Assembly: GCA_013239625.1 (NCBI GenBank)
Contig: MU054323.1
Location: forward strand, 14,760,029 to 14,824,028
Direction of reading: 5' to 3'
DNA from: Lama guanicoe
Lineage: Eukaryota
DNA: 64,000 nt
The translations under genes and the position numbers were made by a program. Every line of letters begins with the position of its first letter. The first letter of the stretch is position 1. Below the pieces are notes generated by a model. It was not told the origin of the DNA, made no database searches, and saw only the letters and a list, made by a program, of their open reading frames with translations. Below, in pieces: positions 1 through 12,902 of this stretch.

Positions 1-2560
1 AGTTTGGTTTATTATCAGAAAATATACTAATAAAATTAGCCAATAAAATATGTTTACTTCAATAGAAGAAAAATAACTTTATAATTCCAACAAATATTTA
101 TAGTAAATACCAATCCAGAAACCTTATTTATTTTAATAAAAAATATCTACAGAAACTTAAAGAAAACAATATGCTTAATTGAAAAATGTTAAATTAATTT
201 TCTTTAAATCAGAGGTGTTACAAGGAAGACCATTAACACTTTATTCAATATTTTACCAGAGGTCTTATGCAACAAAAGAAGAAAATTAAAATGTACATGA
301 TTTAAAGGGAGAAATACACTGCATTATTCCAATATGATGTGTATGTCAGTTTACACAAATATATAAAAGTATTTAATAATTATACAACTTAAAGCTACAG
401 TTTAGCAATTATACTAGGTATATACTAGATATAAGACAAATATATACAAGTAAATTGCATTCTTGCACATTAGCAAATAAAGAAAATTAAAAATATATCC
501 ACCGGAGCAGTAAAACATATAAATTATATCAGAGGTAATTGTTAAATGATTCAAAACTATTTTAAGGTATTTTAAAAAATTTAAATAAATGGATGGATAT
601 ACAACATCTTGGACAGGAAGACATGCTATCTCAGTGATAGCTCTTCTGTGAAATTCTATTAATTTCATGAATCTTAAAAGGAATCCTAAAGCTTAAACTA
701 AGGGATAAAAGACCAAGAACAGCTAAGAGAGTCTTGAAGCAGAACGAAGAGAGGCTACGGTTTCCTTGGTAAGAAATATGATCATAAAGCAATGGTAATT
801 AAGTTATCATCCTGCTTGCCCAGAAGTGGACAAGTAGACCAATGGAACACAGCTGGTGGCTCAGAGGAAACACACCCAAATATGGAAACCTGAGATAGAA
901 TAAGAGGCGGATACACAGGTCAGTGGGAAAAGACTGGAGAGCTTTCATCAAATGGTGAAGGAAAAATGAGTTATCTTCTGAGAGACTGAAAATACAAAAA
1001 GGGGATGGCCATATCCTATATAACAACAGAATCCTGACTCACAACCTCTGTAGCAACCAGTCGAGAAGTCAAGCCACCATCTCCCCATTAGTTGGCAAAG
1101 CCATCATGTTCTTTGCTCCTGCTTCAAACTCTGGACCAACCAGAGCAAGCCCAATATGCTCCTCAAACCATCACATAAGATGTCCCACTTCTAGCTAGTC
1201 TGCCTCCAACAACCTCCAATCAAAACATCCCTGAAGCCTTTCTTTTTATCTATTATGAAGCCTTTTCCATTCTCCTGCTGTCTTTGAGTCTCTGTGAAAT
1301 GCAAGTGATGGAGATGCACTCCCTTGCTACCCCCAGTTCTGAATAGACAGCCTCTGTTCTTATTTATGTGATCTTTATTTACTGGCATACCCCATGAAAA
1401 AATATGATTGGATCCCAAGCTTGTACCTGGGTTTGAGATTAAAGACTTAAACATGAAAGGCAAAACTTCACAGGAGAATTTTTTATGACATCTGGTTAGG
1501 GAATAATTTCACAAATGGGGACATAAGGAGAAATTTTAAAGGAATAAATTTTACACTAAAAAATTCAGAACTTCTGTTCATAATATATTTTTTAAAATGA
1601 AAGAATAAATCAAATGGAAAATAAATAATAAAAAGACCTCAAAACTGGGAGAAGACTTCTGCAACACAAAGTTAAAAAGTTAGTATCTACAGTATAAACA
1701 AGGGTCTTGCAAACCAAAAAGAAAAAAATTAAAGACCATCAACATAAAAATGGACCAAGTACAAGAATACACAAGAAAAGGAGAAAATACAGACGTCCAA
1801 AAATGTATCAAAAGACACCCACCATTATTAGTAATCAGAAGAATAGAAATTAAAATATTTCACAAGACTGTTTATGAGGATGGAGGAGTCATTATTCACA
1901 AATATTGCAGATGCACAAATTGTTTTAACTAGTTTCAAAAACAGTAAAAATGAAGACGGTCTTACCTAAGATTAAATAATTTCATTCTTGAAATATGGAA
2001 AATCTATCTATTGTACTTTTGTACCAAGATACATGTGTAAGTATGTTCATAAAAGCATTATTTATCAAAGACAAACTGAAAAGAAAATAAGTTTCATTAT
2101 GAGTAGAGATAAATACATTAGAGTGTTTGTATCAGAGAAAAATTATAGCTAAGCTTATCAATATAGATCAGTTCATAACTTAAATGTTGAGTGAACAAAA
2201 CTAGCCACAAAAATGTGGGTACGGTCCCACTGTATAAAGGCCCCAAACATGCAAAATATATCAATATAATGTGTGTGTATTATAAATATGAAAATGTTTT
2301 GAAACAACAAAAGCATAAGAAGCAAAGGGGAAATTAATGGCAATTTTAGAATAGATTTTTGTTTCAAGAAGGAAAAAGGATGTCTTTTCTGGCTAGCTCA
2401 CAGGGGCTTTAAAATTACTGGTATTAGTCTACGTTCCGAGCTTGATAATGGGTACATAAGTGCTTATTTTAATCATATACTTAAAACTACCTATAAATCT
2501 AATGCACTGTCTTTTGTATGTATGATATATTTTGTAATAAAAAGTAAAAAAAAAAAAAAA
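1..2560 (+). mobile_element. Old L1M (L1ME/L1MD-like) LINE: degraded ORF2 remnant through 3' end and poly(A), interrupted by an LTR at about 978-1387
   Basis: A-rich sequence with decayed ORF2 motifs (acaaggaagaccattaacactttattcaatattttaccagaggtc; agtagaccaatggaac; aaactgggagaagacttctgcaac). Ends ...tatgatatattttgtaataaaagt followed by an A-run at about 2546-2560. Confidence 0.8.
978..1387 (+). mobile_element. ERV1-class solo LTR inserted in the L1
   Basis: Bounded by TG...CA. Contains ERV1/MER4-group LTR-like motifs (ggaccaaccagag, ctttgagtctctgtgaaatgcaagtgatgg, tctgaatagacagcctctg). L1 sequence resumes on both sides. Confidence 0.65.
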
Positions 2561-3019
2561 CCAACAACTATTCTTTAAATAGTACCCCCGACAAAGGGCA
2601 GAATTAGCAGCTATGGAAGACCATCAACAAAATAGGATACTCAAAGATAGAACCAGTGACTGGAGTTTAGCCAAAGACACAACATTTTCTGTAAGAACAG
2701 AGAGGTAGTCCTATTTTGACTAGCTGGATTTTATATGAGTCATGGATCAGTTATCTACTGTATGTTTTTATTGTTTTCTTTTTTCAAATGGGGTTTTCAT
2801 CACAGTTGTCCCCTGTTTTCTCCATCATTGTAGACTTATATATAGGTCACTGGAACATGAAGTAACACATCTGGACTCACGCAGAGGAAAACACAGATAC
2901 AGACTTCTAGTTGGATACAGAAACGGGCTTAATGGGACAGAGGGTAGTGTGTTTTGAAGTGTATCCATAGATGTTAGGTAGTCAGCAGAGTATCCTATGG
3001 CAGTCATGGCAGAATAGAT

Positions 3020-3481
3020 TTTAAAACTTTCCCCTTGCCATTTCCCACCATGGAGGTGTAAAAAAAATTAAAACAAACAATGAACAACATCTCAAATTCC
3101 AGCTTCCCTTGCATCTGGACGGCAAGGCAACATGATCCAGTTTTGGTCCATGAAAACTACACTGAAGTAAAGCTTGTAATTTTCTTATCAAAGACCCCTT
3201 TGTCATTCCCCTTTGCATTCTTCCTTGAATGCAGATGTGATGTCTGGATGGGAAGGACACTAAATAAGTCAAATGCCTAACTCAAAATTTATAAGATTTG
3301 GAAGGAAAAAAAGGAGCTGCAGTGAGGGACAAAAACTTGGTCCTTGATGGCAACACTGAGTAGATGATGCTAGCAGCCATCAACCAATGCATTTTTAATA
3401 AATGGAAAAAAAACCCTCCTAATTTTTAGAAGAGCTATGTTCTGTGTTCTTTCAATTTGACAGAATTCCTATCTGAGATAC
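3020..3481 (+). mobile_element. ERVL LTR33/LTR16-like solo LTR
   Basis: Motifs ttccagcttcccttgcatctgg...catgatccagttttggtccatga, ccttgaatgcagatgtgatgtctgga and ggtccttgatggca; terminus ...tgagataca. Confidence 0.6.
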
Positions 3482-3580
3482 TACAGAATTAGTTTGGTTT
3501 AGTTTCACTTTTAATAACTCTGCTCCACCTAGACCACTAGGAATTTCAACTCCCATCATCACATTTTGCAGCTGATCACT

Positions 3581-3609
3581 ACCACCACCACCACCACCAC
3601 CACCACCAC
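3581..3609. repeat. (ACC)n trinucleotide microsatellite, about 9.7 units
   Basis: Perfect accacc... run seen directly. Confidence 0.95.
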
Positions 3610-6600
3610 AGCCATTCACACATGCTCACTGCAAGGATGTTTTCTTAACCTAATGTGGATGTAGATACACATGCAGAACAATGAGGTATGAGAGTGTTTG
3701 CAATGAGTGAGAATATGGTGTGGCTACCTCAAACATAGCAACTTCCTATTTTTAAAGATAATGGAAATTTAGTATGATTTGTCCCAATTCAACCCCATTT
3801 GCTTCATAAAGAATGGAGAGTATTAATTCTTATTTTGTTGTGTTTTTATACTAGTCTTAGTTTTATTTGTGGTATTTTTTTTTTCCTACTGATGTGTGGT
3901 ATGTCTTTTCCTGTGTCTTCATGGGTGCTATAGAAGGTGTGAAGGAAGGATGCACTGCACACTACTGTGGGCTGATTGTTTACCAGATGTTATCTCTATG
4001 TCTGCAGATTCACATATACCCTCACCCAGGGCTTATATAATAAATAGTGGAAGCTGGTCACTGTAAGTAAAAAGTTAAAGATGTGTTTGGTCAATTTTAT
4101 TGTTGGCTTATTTCGGTAATGACTGGATTTTACCTAATAGCTTTAAAAAACTAATTTGATCAACTGTAGGAAAATAGCATGATTATTGTATTTTTCTTAA
4201 TGATTAGATCATTCTGAGTGCTTTCTGATAATCTCATAAGACACTGAAAATTCCTCGAATGAACTTATTTGGATTTTTCCACTGGAACTGCAAAGACAAA
4301 AATCATCTTTAAGAACCCATCTAAAGAGCTATTTTTGTGGTTCATAAATTAATAAAAGGAAATCCTCAGTCCTCATTTATTTAGCTAAAATCATTTAAAA
4401 ATTATCCTTTATTTATATAAAATTGCAATGCCAGTCTTAAGAAGCCATCTTTAGTTGTATTTCAAACTTCTCTCTGGTCACAAAGAAGTTGAAGACATTA
4501 ATTTATTGTAAATAAGTATGTACAGGTATTAAATACCTAGAAGCAGAAGAAGGAATGTGAACATAGGTTCCTGTGTAACCAAATATAAAACCATACTGAC
4601 CTAAAGAGACAGGAAAATACTATGAAGAAAATATTACATGCATGTTAGTTCAAGACGAGTATTAACAGAGGAATATGTTGATACATTTTTTCCTTCGGTG
4701 TTTAAAGGGCCTTAATTATAAAATTAGGTTTAAGTGGTAATTATCTATCTGTGTGGCAACAAAATAATCTGTTTGTAAATCTTGGATAAACACTCATTAC
4801 ACAGTGCTAAAAATAGCGTACTTATTTGGGATTGTCTATTAGCAGGCATTTTATATGGCTCGAAAGAGTTAAGTGTGTGTGTTATGCCAGACTATAAACA
4901 TATTTTACAAAGTATGTTAGTCTTCTCTGCTGGAAGAAAGCAAAACTTTGTTATTCAGTCAGCTGATAGTCAGGAAGGAGTGCAAGGTAATTTGATAGAG
5001 GTTTTACCCCAGAAACACATTTCTAAATGTCATTTTCCTGCATTAAATTGTGTTTTAATAGATAAAGTGGTTTGGATCAATTGTTTTATAATACTAAATT
5101 GTAAACATAATGATAAACTTGAAGGGGAGAAGAATGTTTGGAAATGAAATCTGTCTGAAGGGTGATGCACAGATAAGAAACAGCATCATGAGCAAATACT
5201 TACTGAGCACCTAGGATACACAGGGCTGCCAGAGAGAGGTACAGATGCGCTTTTCTGGAATGAAGTTGAAAAGGTCTGGGTAACACAGGCAAACTAGGAT
5301 TCAAGCTTGGCTTATGTCCTCATTACTCTTCCTTTCATTTCTGCCTCCTGTCCAGTTTCCTGTACTGGTTTTATTTTTTCATGTGACCTTCCTTCCCTTA
5401 TTCCCTTTTCAGCTTCGTTGTTCTCTTGTAAGATTTAAACAGAAAGTAAAATGTGTATGATATTCAAGCATCTGACGTTTATGTGGTGACATAGATCATT
5501 CTACCTTCTAATGTTTCATATCTTCAATATTCGACTCATGCGAACTCCCTACAGAATTTTAGGACTTTGGAAATTGTCCATTTGTTTCTAAGAAAGGAGG
5601 TCAAACTAACTAATTTTTTTCCCCTTTCCTTCATTTGTCTGTCAACCGTGCAAACATGTTGTTGGAGTATCCTGCCAGTAAGGCGAAGTACTGTCTCCAT
5701 TCTGGACAACCTGTCTACTCTTTGCTGCCATCAAGTTCTGCCCTTGAACAGGCACAGGCTCCTTTGTCTTTCCACAGTAGATTAAGTAGGTCTTTATTTT
5801 ATGTTAAACTTCCTTTCCATTTCCTCCCAGCTTGATTCTCCCACTAAGGCTTTTCCATTTTAATTAGACTAGTCAATTACACAAGAGACTATCTCACAAA
5901 GCCAGTAGGATTTTCCACCCACTTTTTCAAATGTGGCCTTCTAACTCAGTTAAGAGCTTTTCAAAATCCTGTCTTCTTAAAAGCACAGATAAGGCACCTA
6001 TTAATACTTGAGATTCTCCATTCATTCCCATTATGTTTCAGGCAAGCTGTTTCTTAGTATCATAGTTAGCTATCTGCACTGCCCTCCACAGTTTCCTCTT
6101 CCATTTCCCTATTTACAATCTCTATTTTCTCTTTTGTGTAGAAAGCAGAATTCCTGAATGATTCAAAGTGCATCTCAAACAGTAATTGGAAACTGTGCTT
6201 GCTGCAAGAATTAATTAAGTTTAGTTCTTAGAGCATAAGTCTAAAATCAAAAGAATTTAAAATGTTGTTCAGGATGGTAAAGCAGTCAGCAGCAGAAGAA
6301 TCGTGACAATAGTAAGTCATAAGTTACGGCAAACCCTTGAGTACTGTGTAGTCAGCTTTTTATAAGCCTAGCTAATGACCAGCTTACTATTACCTGGAAT
6401 CATACATTAATGGAGAATGTAGATGAGAGAAACCATCAAATCACCCAGAGCATTCCCAATATGGCTGGGTTCTCGACCATTTCAAAGCGATGCCCTACAA
6501 CTCTTTCAAATGTCAGAGTGGTGTGACACTGACTCACAGCCAGGGATGGGTCAATACTGACTCCAATCTTCTCACCTATAGTTGTTCTTTGTCTCTTAAT

Positions 6601-7905
6601 AATGTGGTGTTGGTCAAAGGGATAACTAATAAAGTTGTTCCAGAGACAGCGTCCAATTTGGGGTCCTTCCCTCTGCCATACATGACTATATACACTAAAA
6701 AAACTGGTATTTTCATCTTCTCTTGACATTAACATTGAGTTCGACTAAAGATAAATTTGACCTTTGGAAAGGAAACAATTACTCTGACGGCAGAGTAGTG
6801 AGGAGTCCCTGCCAAAAACAACAACTGCGAGCACTCTAGGCTGTGAGCAATGGGAACGCCCGCTGCTTGGGCTCACTGCTCAGGGCTCTTTGAGATGTTA
6901 TCCAGCAGGGAGGTTTCACTGAAGAGAGGTTGAGAACAAGAGAAAAAATATTGGCAATTTATTTATCCAAAACCAGAAAACAAAAATGTTCTTAGGGGCT
7001 TCCTAAGAAATACGTCAGCTACGTTGGCTTAGCTTTATGACAGATATTAATATTTCTTCTCCTGCTACTTAAACAGAAGGATCCTTTACCTGTGTCCCTT
7101 TATATTTACACACAGAGCTTCAACTGTAAATAAACATAGTATCAAATATTGCATGTTAACCCAACTGCAGATAAGTTCATTTACATATAACTAGCCTTTA
7201 CAAAGCTGACAACTGTATACTTTCACTGGAAGTAGTCAATCAATGGTGAAATGGGTAAGAAGTACAAGGGAGGCTATTAGAAATTATATCTTTTATTCAT
7301 AGGTAGGCTCCTATCTTTATTTTCTGTTTGAAATGCTGGCAGACTCACTTTTCTATTCCTATAGTAAAATATTCTATGATTAAATAGAGAGTGGTTTGGG
7401 AAACCAGAAGAGAGAATGAAGGAAAAAAAAAAAAAGGTTGGGAGCCTTCCAAAGCAAATTTGCAAAAACTAAGTCATCTCATGCATTATGGGAACACTAA
7501 TGACATTCTCAGACATCAGTTATAATGCCAGAAAACAAACAACAAATAAAAAGGATAAAATATCACAACAGAAATCCAAAAGAAGTCTTTCTCAGTTATC
7601 TTTTCTTTATCTCCCTCAAAGCTTACAAAGTACACATTAAATTGTGTACTGATTGTACAGTAAATACAGTTTCCAAATTTTTATTATGCATCTCAGGAGA
7701 CAGATATACACAAAAAAAGACTTGGTACAATATCCTTATGCTTAGGCATGAGTAGAAATATTTTTAATTAAGAGTTCATAAAGTTTTATTGTGAAATATA
7801 ATTGTTATTTTTTATATCTGTCAATTGACTATGATTGGTTGATTATCATTGGTTAAACTAAGGTTTATGACTATGGCTATGCCACCAAGAGAAAAATTGT
7901 TTCTT

Positions 7906-8000
7906 TTTTTAATTGAGTTAGAATGATGTGTTAGTTTCCGGTGTACAGCACAGTAATTCAGTTATACATATATATTCTTTTTCATTATAGGTTATTACAA
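7906..8000 (-). mobile_element. Very short 5'-truncated artiodactyl-type L1 3' end
   Basis: T-run, then gtgttagtttccggtgtacagcacagtaattcagttatacatatatattctttttcattataggttattacaa (same family as 22358-23331). Flanked by tgtttctt at 7898-7905 and 8007-8014. Confidence 0.8.
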
Positions 8001-9344
8001 AATTACTGTTTCTTATCATGAAACATCTTCATGGTCTTCAGTTGAGAAGTTACTGAATGTCCACTAAAACTCTAGCCATCCTGAATGAAAAAAAAAATTT
8101 TTCCAACAGCAAAATATTTGTGTTGAAATTGTCTAAAGTTTCTTTTACTGTATTTTTATAGTAATGACATACCCTGATCTGGCCAATAAGCCTGCTGATA
8201 TGGGTAGAGACCTGCCCGCCTGGTACTGTAATCCTGCCTTGGGTTATGTCAAAAGGCAACAAAGGTAGCTGGATATGCCATAACCTTAAGACAGACACTC
8301 CACACATGCAGCTGGTCTCCCGCAGCCAGTCTAGTGCTTATCTAACCCACAAATCAGCAGCACTCCTTTGCTTTGCCATCTTCAGTCATTAGAGACCTCA
8401 CTTTTCTCCTCCCTCAACTTCCCCCTCCAATGGTAGACTCTGTACTAAATTAATTGGGTTTTCTGCTTGGCAGTAAAACTCTGACACTCAACACTCAATT
8501 TTCAGTCTTTTTGTCTTTACTTTTCCTTGAAGGGCAGAATAATACCTGCCAAAAAAAAAAAACCTCTGGAAAGGGCACTAAACCTCAAGGCTGTGGTAAA
8601 GGCTGAAGAGATGATTGTAAGAAATTTGCAGCTCCTTAAAAAATAAATACAAAATGTCATTACCATCCTGGAATAATTCCCACTTTCTAACTCACCACAG
8701 TATCATGCAATAGAGTATTAAATTATTAAGAAGAATTTGATTGTGCTAAGAACTTACGAGGGGCACTGAGATTAAACATGTATCTTCTTCTATATGCCAT
8801 GAACAATCAATTTTAACCCCTGTGATGATTTGCTTTGCAAGCAGTTCTCTTGTCAAAGTTAAATAATCTACACAAACAGACTGAAAAATTATCCTTATGT
8901 CTACACAGTAGATTGAAATCCCCAGAATCAGTATTTTAATTTTGCTTCCCTTCTCCTTACAAGGCAAAAACTAAAACACAAGAGAAATTTGTGGTAATAG
9001 TGTCTAGTAGTTATTGAACAACCTAATAGGTGCTGTCCTGAGAATTTCATACAGTTTTATTGTCTAATCATACAAATCCTGGCATAATATAATTAAGCTT
9101 AGGTTCTCATATAGGTCATTATATAAAACCCATAATGCAGTTTTACTGGAATCAGCCTATTCTTTCAAATATTTTATTTAAAACCAGAGCATAATACAAA
9201 TATAATTTATGAAATGCCATGTTTTATATTGGCAATGAGAATGACAATGGTGGCATTTGCATGTTTTTTTCATAAATTTATTTGTTCATGGTTTATTTTT
9301 CAAATACATATCAATTATCTGCATAAGCCATGCTTCACGCATAG

Positions 9345-9610
9345 AGCTTTGAACAAGAGAAATATGGTCTTATCCTACTAAAGCCTTTCTGGCCATAAAG
9401 GGAATACAGAAATGGCTATAAATATGTGTGCTAAGAGAGGAACATATGAGATGTGGAAATACACATGTGGTGGGGGAACTAACTCAACTTAAGGGTCAGG
9501 AAGAGGCACTCAAACAGAACTAAAAGACAGAAGTGACTGGGTGAAGTTCTGTTTTGCAAGGACAAAAGGGAAAGTGTTGAGATGGGAACTGGAGACAGAG
9601 ATGGGAGCCA
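9345..9610 (-). mobile_element. L2 fragment
   Basis: gaacaagagaaatatggtc...gtgctaagagagg...ctaactcaacttaagggtcaggaagagg resembles the antisense L2 3' region. Confidence 0.5.
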
Positions 9611-9615
9611 GAAAG

Positions 9616-9922
9616 TGTAACAGTTCTCAAACTGTAACTTAAAAACTTTGAGATTTAAAGGGATGCAGAAATGAATACAACCTGCAGCGGGAGTAGCTTA
9701 TATGAACTAATTCAGGACTACCCAGTCAGCTAGCTTCCAAATTTGAAATACCCCTAACCCCTTAAGTTTTGCCCCAAACGCTGAATCTAGGAGACATATT
9801 TGAGAGCCTTGCCTCCTGTCTCTTTGCCAACAGACATCTCAATAAAGCTATTTCTTTTCTCAGAATTCAGTGCCATAGTATTTGCTTCTAAGTGTGTTGG
9901 GCAACAAGCATTTGCTTGGCAC
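9616..9922 (+). mobile_element. ERV1-class solo LTR
   Basis: Starts tgtaac. Contains ggagacatatttgagagccttgcctcctgtctc and AATAAA at 9841, followed by a U5-like gctatttcttttctcagaattcagtgccatagtatttgcttct...gggcaacaagc. Ends in ca. Confidence 0.7.
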
Positions 9923-10336
9923 ATGAGCAAGTATATACTTATACTTATAAGCAAGTATAAGAGTAGGACTGAACTCATTGTTTTATGACTCAAAGAGTAA
10001 AGTGTTATCTACCCCAAGAATTCTGCCTTCCATATTTCCCTTGATTGTTTCTTCCACTGGCATGGCCTAATATGTGCTGATAATAAAGACTGCTATGTAA
10101 GTTCATTTTCAAAGATGAGCACCTATATATTTTGTATAACAATAAGGCACTTCAAAGGAAATTCATTAATTCTTCAGATCACAAGGATATAATAGGTTCT
10201 AAGAAAGTAAATTTACTGACAACTCAGTTCTCTAATAAGCATTGAGTAAGTTTCTTAGAATGTTCAATATGAAATTATGAAAAGTCAATAATACCATAGT
10301 ATATGGTCCATGCTGTAAAGCAGTTTACAATCTGGT

Positions 10337-10977
10337 GATGCTGCTCTTGCGGTGTCTTCTAACAGCAACCACCAGTTCTCTGTTTGCCAGACACCAACCT
10401 GGTGTTCAACAGTTTCATTCAATTCTAACTACCCAGAGTTAACACAGGCCCCACATTTTAAAGAGCTCAATCCCACAGGATTGGCCCCACCTCCACTTCA
10501 GATACCTGGGCCACCCACATTTCTGACCAACTGACTATAAATCGAGAGTCCCTAGGTTCCCCTCCTCAGATTCAATAATTTGCGTGGAACTCATAGAAAC
10601 TATTTTTTTTTTTTTTTTTTTTACAACTCAGGAGTAACCAGGTAGAAGATACGCATGGGGTAACGTATCCGAGGGGAAGTGGCAGCTTACACGTCCTCTC
10701 TGGGCACACTGCCCGTCCAGTATTCCAACCCAGAAACTCATTACATCTCCTGATTCAAGAGCTTTATAGAGCTTAATCTCCTGCCCACCTCCCCATCTTC
10801 CCACCAGACTATCCAGGGGCCTCATTCTAAATCACATCAATAGCATAAACTTAGTGTGGTCTAACGGGCTGCATTATGAATAACAAAACTCCTATCACCA
10901 GGAAAACTTCAAGAGTTTTAGGAGCTCTTTGCCAAAAACCAGGGACAAAGACCAAATATATTTTGTATTATACCACA
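10337..10977 (-). mobile_element. MER21-like ERV LTR
   Basis: Reverse complement begins tgtggtataatacaaaatatatttggtctttgtccctggtttttggcaaagagctcctaaaactcttgaag, matching the MER21 5' end. Internal ttctgaccaactgactataaat. Confidence 0.85.
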
Positions 10978-12649
10978 CTACTTTTAAGTCCTGCATCTAT
11001 ATTCTGACTTAGAGGTCTTTTGATCCTTCCTAAATGTAGTGATCATTCTTACAAGTTTTAAAGTTCCCAATAGCCAATGCAGTATCCCGACTAAATGTTT
11101 AATTGTGAGAATAATCATTTAGTACCTATAAAAAAAAAGCTACAACTATCTTATTTAGTCAATGATGATACATTAAACAATAAATGTTAATTTCTAATAA
11201 TTAAAAGAGATTGTTATTAATTTGTTTCTGACCTCACCTTCTACATCTCAATGCTTTAAATATTTAGTCAACTGCATTTTACAAGTAATTTCAGTGGTAT
11301 TTCCTACTAAACATAGTCTCAACTCCCATCTCCAGGTAACTGAGTTTTTCCCACCTATGTGCTGCAGAAGATACAACCCATTCACAAAAAAGCTAGGCTT
11401 CTTCAAGTAAGTCTAATTAATAGGTAAGCAAAAACTAGGAAAATGTCCCAGGGAAAACAGGCTTCAAATAAATTTTTGAAAAAAATATTCTAAAGGAATA
11501 TACATATATATCTGACATGTAGAAAAAGTCCACAATATGTGGAGTAGATGAACAAATTAAGTTTTACATTCATAAGGGAAAAAAAAACACAGCCAGATTT
11601 TCATTAGAAGACATTTAATTCCCATTTTGGTACATGTCATATTTAGTTAGTAAGGGCTGTAATTATTAACTCAGGTATTTTCTATGAAATAAAACATTGT
11701 AGAATGATATAGATTGTTGAATTAAAAAGGAAAATTAGTAAAATATTCAACATAAGGGTTTGCTTACATGTTTCTGATAGTTATAATAATCTGCTAGTTG
11801 ACTTCTTTCCTCCCCCCCTCTTCTAGGAGGGTGCCAATTAAAATAAACTACAATTTTGCTATTTGGTCTTTAGTATCAGATTATATTTGAGTTTGTGACC
11901 AGTTTTCTCAATGTGCTGTCCAATTAACCACAGGTGGAATGATTCACAGCAAATCCCTGGGGTTCTCTATGAAAGGGAAAGTCAGACAGGCTACTACAGG
12001 GGAAGGAGCTTTTTATATGTGCTCTAAAGCTCGCCTGTGGACTACTCTGTTGAAAAATTGGTGCCAATGGAAACATTTCACTATTAAGGTAAACCACCCC
12101 CTCAGAGTTTCTTTATAGTGATCACTGAGGTCCAAGAGATGAAAAATAACTGAGACAAAGGGAAATTGGGTACAGTCCTAGGGGGATCTGACTCATTCCA
12201 TGAAGAGGCTGAGAAAATGTATACCATTGCACACAAACTAAAAAGGGGTTGGAAGGCTCAAATTAGAGAAATGTGTATGATTTCCTGAGGAAGGACATTT
12301 GAAATGGACTGTCCATCAGATATGGGGGCAAGTCATTTATCAAACTTAAATATCTGCTTAATTTCTTAATACAGTTTATATACTGAGAGTCAAATGCAAT
12401 TGTTTCAGTCATCATAATTAGCTAATAAGTAATTACTAATATAAACCTAGGAGACTAACATTGACAATGAAGTAAAACAACAGAAAACATTCATCTATAG
12501 AATTTTTTAATTATTGTGTAATATTAATGAGGAAAATTAATATATTTGCATCAACTTGAGATGGAGAAACCATTTTTATGTTAGTTCACACCAAATCCTA
12601 GATTACTGAGACTGTTAAGATAATTCTGAACATCAGTGAATTAATGAAT

Positions 12650-12890
12650 GTTTATTCACTCAACAAATAGTGTTGAAATTATTATAAACCACATACTACA
12701 CTGGACACTGGGAATAAAATGTTGACTTTCTTCAAAGAGTACTTAAAGAAATGGAGATGAAAATAACAGATAAATGGGCAATCAATAAAAATAGAGATAA
12801 ATATTTGATGGAGCCAAGAACAAGGCTATGTGAAAACAGAGGACAGACCAAGAAGAAAAATGAGTAATTTGAATAGAGTTACACATCTGA
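12650..12890 (-). mobile_element. L2 3' fragment
   Basis: ttcactcaacaaatag...actacactggacactgggaataaa resembles the antisense L2 tail. Confidence 0.5.
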
Positions 12891-12902
12891 CCTAATAGTT
12901 AT

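Noticed and set aside
3572..3646. Poly-histidine coding exon (DHYHHHHHHHHHSHSHMLTARMFS)
   Set aside because: The frame stops shortly after the repeat; a simple (ACC)n microsatellite explains it.
4782..5147. 121-aa plus-strand ORF in unique sequence
   Set aside because: TTG start, no homology I recognise, and no convincing flanking splice signals.
6436..6735. Overlapping opposite-strand ORFs (99 and 78 aa), with a possible minus-strand exon at about 6576-6694
   Set aside because: Neither peptide is recognisable and I cannot assess codon-level constraint without alignments, so neither is called as a CDS.
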